DNA of 64,000 bases from assembly GCA_017479865.1 (NCBI GenBank), contig JAFVBS010000012.1, forward strand, positions 960-64,959. The letters run 5' to 3'. Below are positions 9,355-17,436 of this stretch, piece after piece (the first letter of the stretch is position 1; the number at the start of each line of letters is the position of its first letter). Both the position numbers and the translations under genes were made by a program. The notes under the pieces are model-generated. The model was not told the DNA's origin. It searched no databases and worked only from the letters and a program-made list of their open reading frames with translations. This DNA comes from Clostridia bacterium (GTDB taxonomy: Bacteria; Bacillota; Clostridia; TANB77; CAG-508).

Positions 9355-11284
9355 AGATGTAAAAGTAAGAACAATCTATCAAGACCAAAGGATAGCGGAG
9401 GAATTTTGCAACTTCCGTTGTGATTATTGTGAGGGATTTTGCCCATCAGGATATTCTATTGCTACAGATAACGAAGGAAATTTAAAAGTACCTGCTGAAT
9501 GGCATGATAAAATTCATTCATTACCAGACAAAGTAAAAGTATTCTTCGAGCAAGGAAGAACAATGAACCAATTTTATCAGTTAGCAAATGAAGTAATGAA
9601 GGAAACGAAAAAAGAGGTTGCTACAGACATCTTAAAAATTTCTGGTGGAGAAGTTACTACAAATGGGCAATTACTTGAATTTGTCAAATCAATTCACCAA
9701 CAATATTCTATGATTCAAATTTTAACAAATGGGCTTAACTTAACAAATGATGATTTAGACCAATACAAACAAATGGGAAATGTCACTTTTCAAGTATCAA
9801 TTGATGGAGCAACTGCTGAATCTAATTATGCAAAATCACATAATGCACTTGTTACTAAAAGAGTTTTAGATAATCTAGATTATATGATAAAAAAAGGCTT
9901 AGGAGTAGAAATTAACTGCGTACTTACAAAGTATAATACAGATAAGTTCTTAGAATTTTTGGAAAGATTTAAAGATGCAAATGATTTTATGGTAGTCCCT
10001 CGTCCAGTAAGAGGCAAGCCGAGAGAAGTAATAGATTTTTCAACAAAGCAAGTTCTAATTTTTGAACAACAAGTTAAGGAAAATTTTGAAAGGTACAAAA
10101 AAATATTACCACCAAAAGAATACATAGACAGGTTAATTGAAATGATGAAAACTGGAAAACGAAATTCCTACTGTTATATTCCATTTTTTGTACTAAGCAT
10201 TGATGGATATGGAAATTTCGAACAATGCCCAATTGGGTTAATGCCAAGGAAAAGACAAAATATTATAGAGGGAACCGTTGAGAAAAATGAAATACTGATT
10301 CATTCAAATTATCAAGTAATTAATAACTATCAGCTATGTGAGTACTGCATTGTTCAGTATGAAATGTTAAACTTATATGTAGAAGGAAAAATATCAAAAG
10401 AAGAATTGAGAAGAATGCCATCATTAAACTCAGATATGACAACTATGCATATTGATGAAATAAAGCAGGATATTATAATGAAAGATTTAAAAAAACAGTT
10501 GGAAGGAAAATATGAGATTAAAATAAATCAAATAGAAAAGAATGAAGAATCAACTGATGGAAATGTATTTATTATTACTTCGAATTCTAATAAAAAATAT
10601 GTTATAAAAGTATACCAAACTAAAGAGCATACAAAAGAAATGATCAAAGTACATTCTCTTTTAATGTCAGCCGGTCTGAATGTTCCTAAAATTATTTCTT
10701 CAAAAGAAAATGAAGAATATGGAACATTAATTAATGGAAATTATTTTATAGTTTATTCATTTATTAAAGGAAAGCAAGTGGATTATGATCAAAAAACAAG
10801 TAAGTTAGATAGTAATATTGTAAAAGCAATTGCAAAAACCTTAAGAGGAATGCACGATATAACAAACGGAGAAAATAAATGTCATTTACCTGGTATTCCT
10901 TTTCAAAATGAGAACAATATTCATCGCTACTCAGTATTGCATTTTGATATGACAAGAAAGAATATTTTTATAACAGAAAATAATGATGAAAAAATTAGTT
11001 TTATTGATTTTGACGATGCAAAATATGGACCATCTGTATGTGATGTAGCTATTGCACTTGCTAATTTGTTTCTTTCAAAAACACGTGGTACTGATATGGA
11101 TGGAATTAACCAATTTATAGAGGAATATTATGCTGGTGATAAAGAACTTAAAAGTGAAGAACTACCATTAATTAAGACTTTAGCATTGCAATGGGTTGAC
11201 TATATTTTAGAAGGTAATGATTTTGACACATCTACAACAGAAAGTTTTGTTGTTAGACGTAAATTAATTGAAAAAAATTTATAA
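9344..11284 (+). CDS. fusion protein: radical SAM (SPASM/twitch-like) domain plus C-terminal APH/choline-kinase-type phosphotransferase domain
   Basis: CNFRCDYCEG (CxxxCxxC), SGGEVT and SIDGATAESNY, with further Cys pairs (YCYIPFF..CPIG, CEYC). The C-terminal half has HFDMTRKNIFI and FIDFDDAKYGPSVCDVA kinase catalytic motifs. Confidence 0.7.
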   Translation: MKSEDVKVRTIYQDQRIAEEFCNFRCDYCEGFCPSGYSIATDNEGNLKVPAEWHDKIHSLPDKVKVFFEQGRTMNQFYQLANEVMKETKKEVATDILKISGGEVTTNGQLLEFVKSIHQQYSMIQILTNGLNLTNDDLDQYKQMGNVTFQVSIDGATAESNYAKSHNALVTKRVLDNLDYMIKKGLGVEINCVLTKYNTDKFLEFLERFKDANDFMVVPRPVRGKPREVIDFSTKQVLIFEQQVKENFERYKKILPPKEYIDRLIEMMKTGKRNSYCYIPFFVLSIDGYGNFEQCPIGLMPRKRQNIIEGTVEKNEILIHSNYQVINNYQLCEYCIVQYEMLNLYVEGKISKEELRRMPSLNSDMTTMHIDEIKQDIIMKDLKKQLEGKYEIKINQIEKNEESTDGNVFIITSNSNKKYVIKVYQTKEHTKEMIKVHSLLMSAGLNVPKIISSKENEEYGTLINGNYFIVYSFIKGKQVDYDQKTSKLDSNIVKAIAKTLRGMHDITNGENKCHLPGIPFQNENNIHRYSVLHFDMTRKNIFITENNDEKISFIDFDDAKYGPSVCDVAIALANLFLSKTRGTDMDGINQFIEEYYAGDKELKSEELPLIKTLALQWVDYILEGNDFDTSTTESFVVRRKLIEKNL

Positions 11285-11308
11285 TGAATTCAATATTAGG
11301 AGGAGAAC

Positions 11309-12451
11309 ATGAAAATAGCAATTGTTAATACGTGGGCAATATCGAATAAAGCAATTGGAGGAACAGAAAGGTTTGTAATAGATTTAGCAAAATCTTTTGC
11401 TAGTGATAATTATGAAGTGGATGTATTTATGTTTTCTGGGAAAAGCTATTCAGAAGATAATGTGAATTATATCAATATTAATTTATTTAACATGGAAGGG
11501 GAAGCAGACGAGTATATTGTTCAAAACTATTTTGGAAATTTTGAAACAGATGAATCTTATATTAACTTAGCAAAAAAGTTAGAAGATAGGATAGATGTTA
11601 CGAAATATGACTTTATTCAACTAAACTCATTATTGTTTTTAGAGGCTTGGAAAAATAAAAAGAGAATATTTACAATTCATACCAATCCTTTTGAATATGA
11701 ACTTGCTTGGGGAGAAAAATCATATCAAAAAATGCTAGAATTAATGAGAAAGTATCAAAATGATAAAAGTACAATATTTGTTGCTCCATCTGAATTTTAT
11801 GCTAGTGAATATACTCACTTAACAGGTTGCAATATTAACTTTATTCCACATGCCATCGATATTAAACGAATACAAACGAATAAAAGTGTAGAAGACATTG
11901 TTAAGCAATATGATTTGAGTCAGAACAAATTAAAAATTATTGTTCCTAGTAGACTAGAACCAATTCAAAAGCAACCGATGATGTTATTAGAGGCGTGCAG
12001 TTTATTAAATAAAGAAGAAAAAGAAAAAATTCAAATTATTTATACTGGATTGGATAAGCAATATGAAAAGTTTGTAGATGAATTAAAAGAAAAGGCACAA
12101 GAAAATGATATTGATATAAAAATTATTCGATTTGATGAGATGGGAGAGGTGTACAAAATTGGAGATATGACTGTTTTACCAAGTAAATCAGAAAGCTTTG
12201 GATATTCTGCTTTAGAATCATTATCATTAGGAATATTTACTATATTGAATGATATACCAACATTTCATGAAATTACGCAAGAAAATGACTATTGTTATAT
12301 TTTTAAGAATAATGTGATAGAATTAAAAGAAAAAATAGAAGAACTAATAAAAAGTCAAAACAAATTAACTAGAAAAATTCCAAAAATAGAATGGCAAGAA
12401 AGATATGATTTAAAACAATTCGAAAGCTCATATGTTAATTTAATAAAATAA
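11309..12451 (+). CDS. glycosyltransferase family 4
   Basis: GGTERFVIDLAK N-terminal motif and PSKSESFGYSALESLSLG (E-x7-E). Confidence 0.8.
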   Translation: MKIAIVNTWAISNKAIGGTERFVIDLAKSFASDNYEVDVFMFSGKSYSEDNVNYININLFNMEGEADEYIVQNYFGNFETDESYINLAKKLEDRIDVTKYDFIQLNSLLFLEAWKNKKRIFTIHTNPFEYELAWGEKSYQKMLELMRKYQNDKSTIFVAPSEFYASEYTHLTGCNINFIPHAIDIKRIQTNKSVEDIVKQYDLSQNKLKIIVPSRLEPIQKQPMMLLEACSLLNKEEKEKIQIIYTGLDKQYEKFVDELKEKAQENDIDIKIIRFDEMGEVYKIGDMTVLPSKSESFGYSALESLSLGIFTILNDIPTFHEITQENDYCYIFKNNVIELKEKIEELIKSQNKLTRKIPKIEWQERYDLKQFESSYVNLIK

Positions 12452-12497
12452 TGATTACAGTGAAAATTACAATAGAATTACAAGGGAGTATTAAGTC

Positions 12498-13106
12498 TTG
12501 AAAAAAGCAATTATTTTTGATTTAGATGGTACATTATGGAATACAACAAAAGAATGTACATTAGTTTGGAGTAAAGTGGCTAAAAATTACAACTTAAAAG
12601 TAAATAGAAAACAAATAAAAGAAATAATGGGGTTAACAAAAGAAGAAATTATTAAGTATTTTTTTGAAGATAACTCAGAGCTTGGAAATAAATTTATCAC
12701 AGAATGTCAAAATAAAGAGAATGAGTATTTGAAACAATATGGAGGAACGATTTATCAAAATACAATCAAAACGATAAAAGAATTAAGCAAGAATTATGAA
12801 TTGTTTATTGTAAGTAATTGTCAATCTGGTTATATAGAAGCATTTTTAAATTATTATGATTTAGGACATTACTTTAAGGACTATGAATGTTATGGTAATA
12901 CAGGAAAAAGCAAGGAATATAATATAAATATTCTTATGGAAAGAAATAATATTAAAAATGTAGTTTATGTAGGAGATACAGAAAAGGATTATCTAGCATC
13001 AACTTGTAATAATATTCGATTTATATGGGCAAAATATGGCTTTGGAATGTGTAATTACTGTAATGACTATGTTAATGATATTTTTGAATTGCTCCGTAAA
13101 TTGTAA
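12498..13106 (+). CDS. HAD-superfamily phosphatase
   Basis: Motif I IIFDLDGTLW and late motif VYVGDTEKD. Confidence 0.8.
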   Translation: MKKAIIFDLDGTLWNTTKECTLVWSKVAKNYNLKVNRKQIKEIMGLTKEEIIKYFFEDNSELGNKFITECQNKENEYLKQYGGTIYQNTIKTIKELSKNYELFIVSNCQSGYIEAFLNYYDLGHYFKDYECYGNTGKSKEYNINILMERNNIKNVVYVGDTEKDYLASTCNNIRFIWAKYGFGMCNYCNDYVNDIFELLRKL

Positions 13107-13225
13107 ATTATGAATTTTAATTGTTATACAAATTTTAAAGGTAGATAAATCATCTACCTTTTATAGATGTTATAATTGAAAACATATAGCTAAAGTATGG
13201 AATTCAAAAGTTAGTTAACCCAATA

Positions 13226-13558
13226 TTAGTTTGACAACATTGATTCAATTAAAGCTAATACATTTCTCTTATCCTTTTTATTAAGTTTAGAAAAATTGGA
13301 ATTAAAATTATTAATATCGCCATAGCTATCTAGATCTTTGATAAATTCATGAAGAATATCATTTGGAGTTACTTTAAATGCTTCACAAAATTTTAGCATT
13401 GTTTTGATAGTACCCATATATCTACCTGTTTCTACTTGACTAATATATTTTGTGTCAAACCCAGTCATTTGAGCAACTTGCTCTTGTGTAAGGTTATTTT
13501 TAATTCTTAAATTACGTAATGATTGACCATAAATAATATTATCATTATCTTTTTCCAT
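13226..13558 (-). CDS. XRE-family helix-turn-helix transcriptional regulator
   Basis: LRNLRIKNNLTQEQVAQMTGFDTKYISQVETG HTH. GGTGA lies 5 nt before the ATG at 13558. The ORF-track start at 13570 is also possible. Confidence 0.8.
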   Translation of the reverse strand: MEKDNDNIIYGQSLRNLRIKNNLTQEQVAQMTGFDTKYISQVETGRYMGTIKTMLKFCEAFKVTPNDILHEFIKDLDSYGDINNFNSNFSKLNKKDKRNVLALIESMLSN

Positions 13559-13716
13559 TTTTATCACCATATATATAGTATAAAAAGTAGGATTAAAAAT
13601 TAACCTAGTAAATAAAGGAAAAAATCTTGAAAAACCTATTTACAATTTTCTATAAAAAATATATAATATTTCCATAGAAAAAAATCAAATTTGTGCTAGA
13701 AAAGGAACTATATTAA

Positions 13717-14392
13717 TTGATATTAATAGAAAAGAAAGGTATAAAATATACTATGGAGGAAAGAATAAGAAAAATAAAGGAAGATGCAAAGAAAATATTA
13801 AAATCCTATTCTATAGATGTATTATCTACAGACTATAGGTCTCTGGAATACTTAAAAAATATAGAAAATAGAATCATAAAAGAAGATGAAATAGAGATTA
13901 TTGAAAGAATAATAAATAATACAGAAATGTATTATCATTCACAAAGTAAAATGATATTAGCAAAAGATGATTATAGTTATCTTAAAGAAATAGCTGCAAA
14001 TTTAAGAAATCAAAGTGTTAGATTAGAGGATGGAGTTACTTTTGGAGATCCAATATTTAAAATTTCTAAAGATAGAAACGAGGAATTTATTACAAGAGAA
14101 GGTGCAAAAAAATTCAGAGAAGTAAATTCTACAACTATTAAATATGAAGAATTGAATGAAAAAGATAGTCAAGAAAGAAGAAAAAACAATGTGAATGTGA
14201 TACCTGGTTACCAGGGTAAAGCCGATATCATTCGGCATGACTTTACGATTTCGTAAAGGTAAAGTAAGTAGCAATTTTAAAAGAGCTACTTTTAGTAAAG
14301 CAAAGTTAAGGGGAGGATTGTGCCTAAAATTAAATAACAAGAAAAGACCATTGGTGATTAGTGGAGAAAATGATTATTTAGCTAAAATGTAA
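13717..14392 (+). CDS. hypothetical protein. A +1 shift at the in-frame CGG at 14233 extends it by 52 codons to 14392.
   Basis: The zero frame ends at 14256. Skipping C14233 opens GGC ATG ACT .. with no stop until TAA at 14390..14392, directly ahead of an intrinsic terminator. The start is uncertain (13717 TTG or 13753 ATG). Confidence 0.55.
14233..14235 (+). other. in-frame CGG at a candidate +1 frame junction (ATT CGG CAT -> ATT c GGC ATG)
   Basis: See the CDS at 13717..14392. A 52-codon open +1 continuation is unlikely by chance in DNA this AT-rich. Confidence 0.6.
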
Positions 14393-14412
14393 ATTGAATA
14401 AATCAAAAGTGA

Positions 14413-14450
14413 AAAAGCGATTTTTAGTATAAAACGCTTTTTTATTTTTT
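14413..14450 (+). terminator. intrinsic terminator
   Basis: AAAAGCG..CGCTTTT stem followed by TTTATTTTTT. Confidence 0.65.
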
Positions 14451-14556
14451 GCTCAAAAAGAGAAAATCACAAATCTGTGCAATGTATGAATAAAAAAGAA
14501 TGGAAAGAATATTTATGGAGAAAGAGGGTGTAAGCAGCAGGAGGGAGGAATGAACT

Positions 14557-14682
14557 ATGCAAGAAGAGTTTAAAATTAATGTATTTTTTAAAAGTGATGG
14601 TGAAAGTGTTGAAAAAATAATTACACATTATTTAATTAATTTATTAAATAGCAAAATAGATAATTTTAAATATAGTATATAA
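14557..14682 (+). CDS. small ORF (41 aa) upstream of the recombinase
   Basis: GGAGGGAGG at 14541..14549 precedes the ATG at 14557 (MQEEFKINVFFKSDGESVEKIITHYLINLLNSKIDNFKYSI). No family was recognised. Confidence 0.35.
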   Translation: MQEEFKINVFFKSDGESVEKIITHYLINLLNSKIDNFKYSI

Positions 14683-14686
14683 AAAT

Positions 14687-14702
14687 AATTTGAATCCATG
14701 AT
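14687..14702 (+). repeat. AATTTGAATCCATGAT motif, copy 2
   Basis: Identical to 2682..2697. It forms a 13 bp inverted repeat with 14743..14755 around the recombinase promoter. Confidence 0.7.
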
Positions 14703-14707
14703 AAATA

Positions 14708-14736
14708 TTGTAAGTTTTAATTAGAAACAGTATAAT
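14708..14736 (+). promoter_or_regulatory. candidate recombinase promoter enclosed by the inverted repeat
   Basis: TTGTAA (14708..14713), 17 nt spacer, TATAAT (14731..14736). Confidence 0.5.
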
Positions 14737-14742
14737 AGTGTT

Positions 14743-14755
14743 ATGGATTCAAATT
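14743..14755 (-). repeat. inverted copy ATGGATTCAAATT of the island motif
   Basis: Reverse complement of AATTTGAATCCAT. Confidence 0.7.
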
Positions 14756-14782
14756 ATTTTTTCAAGTATGAAAGGAGGAAAA

Positions 14783-16346
14783 ATGCTTGAAAAAATAAAC
14801 CAAGTAGCATATAAAATAGCAATTTATATAAGACTATCAAAAGAGGACAAGGATAGGGGATACGATGAAAGCGAAAGTATTACAAACCAAAAGGCTTTGC
14901 TACTAGAATATGTACAAAAATTGGGCTCAGAATATGAGCTAGTAGATATTTATATTGATCCAGGATATACAGGCACAAATTTTAATAGACCGGATTTTAA
15001 ACGAATGATAAATGATATAGAGAGTGGTAAGGTAAATATGGTTATCACGAAAGATTTATCTCGTTTAGGTCGTGATTATATTGAAACTGGTGAATATGTT
15101 GAAAAATGGTTTCCTGAAAAGAATGTAAGGTATGTTTCTGTAACAGATGGAATTGATACTTTTGCAACCAATAATGGGAATAATGATATAGCGCCTTTTA
15201 AATCTATATTAAATGATATGTATTCAAAAGATTTATCAAAAAAAATAAAAACAGCACTACATACAATGCAACAACAGGGAAAATGGGTCGGAGGAAAAAC
15301 TGCTTTAGGGTACACAAAAGACAAAAATGATAAAAATAAATTGGTTATTTGCGAGCCAGAAGCAAAAATTGTTAGAACCATTTTTAATATGGCAACTACT
15401 GGAAATCAAATAGGAGAAATTAGGGACTTCTTAAATCAAAACCATATTCCTACAGCAAGTCAGATTCGATATCAAAAAGATACATTTTGGGAAAATAAAG
15501 CTATCAAAAATATTTTAACGAATGAAGTGTATTGCCGGTACTACCATACAAAATAAACGAAGTAGAATCAGCTATAAAAACAGAAAACTAAGACCTAACC
15601 CAAAAGAGCAATGGAGCGTAGTAGAAAATACTCATGAACCAATTATTGAGAAAAAAGCATTTGAAATGGTGCAGAAAATAATAATTGTTCAAAAACATGG
15701 CAGAAATGAGAAAAAGCATCATTTTTTGCTAGATGGATTATTAATCTGCTATGAATGTAAGCACAAAATAGGTGTACGAGCAAGAAAAGACGGAAGGTTT
15801 GATATGGTATGCAATAATTACAGAAGAAATTCAAAATTAGGCTTATGCACTTCACATGGTTTTAATTATGAGAATTTAGAGAAAATGATATTGGAGTATA
15901 TCAAGAAACTATTTTTAGAAATTGACCACAAAAAAATTGAATTAGATATTCAAAATAGTAAAACTAAATATGATTATGGAAAAATACTACAAAAATTAGA
16001 AGCGGAAATTAAATTAATTCATGATAACATGGATCAAATGTATGTCGATAAATTAAACAAAAAAATTAGTGAAGAAATGTATCAAAGGCTATTTAAAAAA
16101 CTACAAAATGAAGAAAAGCAAAAAGAAAAAGAATACATAGCATTAAAAAGCAAGCAAGAAAACTATCAGCATGATGATACAGAAGAAATTAAAAGAATTG
16201 TAAAAGATTTTTTGAACCTAGAAAAGCCAAGCGCAGAAATGCTACGAGTGATTATTAATCGCATTGAAATACACCAAGACAAACAAGTCGATATCATTTT
16301 TAATTTTAAAAAATTAAATAATATTAATTATACAAGTTTACAATAA
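14783..16346 (+). CDS. large serine recombinase, full length only with a +1 shift at the in-frame CGG at 15536
   Basis: Resolvase-type N-terminus (IAIYIRLSKEDKDRGYDESESITNQK), then a recombinase domain, zinc ribbon (CYECKHKIG..CNNYRRNSKLGLCTSH) and coiled coil in the second ORF. Skipping C15536 gives LTNEVYCGTTIQNKRSRISYKNRKL, a motif I recall as typical of this family. Confidence 0.85.
15536..15538 (+). other. in-frame CGG at a +1 frame junction (TGC CGG TAC -> TGC c GGT ACT)
   Basis: The zero frame stops at 15554..15556. The +1 frame carries the rest of the recombinase. Confidence 0.85.
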
Positions 16347-16418
16347 AATGCGACTAATTTAATATTCAATATTATATTAGTCGGAAATATTTGTTACATA
16401 TGTCACATTTGGAATCAA

Positions 16419-16428
16419 CCAGAAGGAA
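16419..16428. repeat. right copy of the 10 bp direct repeat CCAGAAGGAA (attR core)
   Basis: Identical to 2621..2630. It is preceded by TTTGGAATC (16408..16416), the partner of GACTCCAAA (2631..2639). Confidence 0.8.
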
Positions 16429-16718
16429 TTTCCATGGCAGTGCCTATGAAGAATGGAGGAATGAAGGCACAAAAAGTTATTTTTTATGTTGTATTATCCG
16501 GTATTACTACAGGAATTGGTGCTTTCTTTGGAGCATTTTTAGGAGGAATTTCACAAAACGTTATCGCAATGTGCCTATCCTTTGCTGCAGGAGCGATGAT
16601 TTATATTGTTTCAGGAGAACTCATTCCAGAATCTAATCAATTATACCACGGAAAAACAACTGCAGTTGGTAATATTTTAGGCCTTCTTATTGGCATTTTT
16701 GCTATGTCCATTGCATAA
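16429..16718 (+). pseudogene. ZIP-family metal transporter, 3' part
   Basis: ..ISMAVPMKNGGMKAQK..SFAAGAMIYIVSGELIPES.., in frame with 2180..2630 once the island is removed. Confidence 0.85.
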
Positions 16719-16828
16719 CAAAAATACACATACTTTTTTCATGATTTGAAATATAGTAATTATCAGAAAAACATTTCATTTTTAAAAAAATGTGATAAAA
16801 TAGAAAACAAAAAACGGAGGGAACACAA

Positions 16829-17281
16829 ATGAAAATCATGTTTATTTGTACAGGGAATATTTGCAGAAGTGCTATGGCAGAAGCCATGATGAAAAAAATG
16901 GCAAAAGATAATCAAAAGAATATTGAAGTATATTCCTGCGGAATTTCTGCTGATGACGGTGACATTCCAACGCAACATGCCATTGATACCATGGAGCAAT
17001 ATGGCATTGATTTAAAAAAACATAGGGCAACGCATATTCGTTATTCCAATATTGAAGAAATGGACCTTATTTTATGTGCAACAACTTCACACAAAATGTC
17101 TGTATTGCGATTATATCCACAATTAGAAGGAAAAGTATTTACTATCAAAGAGTATGCTGGGCTCAAAGACGAAGTAAATGGAATTGATATCAAAGACCCA
17201 TGGGGGTATGATTTCAAAACTTATCAAGAATGTGCCAAAGAAATTGAAGAAAGCCTGAAAAGAATTGTTGAAAAAATATAG
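16829..17281 (+). CDS. low-molecular-weight protein tyrosine/arginine phosphatase (YwlE-like)
   Basis: Active-site loop CTGNICRS near the N-terminus and DPWG near the C-terminus. Confidence 0.85.
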   Translation: MKIMFICTGNICRSAMAEAMMKKMAKDNQKNIEVYSCGISADDGDIPTQHAIDTMEQYGIDLKKHRATHIRYSNIEEMDLILCATTSHKMSVLRLYPQLEGKVFTIKEYAGLKDEVNGIDIKDPWGYDFKTYQECAKEIEESLKRIVEKI

Positions 17282-17309
17282 AGAATTAAAAATGGGAGGA
17301 CAGAGATAG

Positions 17310-17335
17310 GGACGATTAGTAACCGTCCGTTTTTA
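17310..17335 (+). terminator. weak intrinsic terminator
   Basis: GGACG..CGTCC stem followed by GTTTTT. Confidence 0.4.
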
Positions 17336-17436
17336 CAAAGAAAATGATTAAACAAATGTTTTTAAAATACCTTGACTTATTACACCAATTTACGATATAA
17401 TTTTGAAGAAATAATTTGAAGAAAGAGAGATCTCAC

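Larger units (their letters stand above)
2631..16428 (+). mobile_element. 13.8 kb integrated island (large-serine-recombinase type) inserted in the ZIP transporter gene
   Basis: Joining 2180..2630 to 16429..16718 gives one uninterrupted 246-codon ZIP protein (..CLHDIPEGISMAVPMKNGG..). The recombinase gene abuts the right end. Joining the island ends gives TTTGGAATC-AACCAGAAGGAA-GACTCCAAA, a 9 bp imperfect inverted repeat around the core (attP-like). Confidence 0.8.

Noticed and set aside
16391-16636. 81-aa ORF overlapping the 3' part of the ZIP transporter
   Set aside because: It lies in an alternative frame of a recognisable ZIP C-terminus and crosses the attR junction. It has no RBS or family resemblance.
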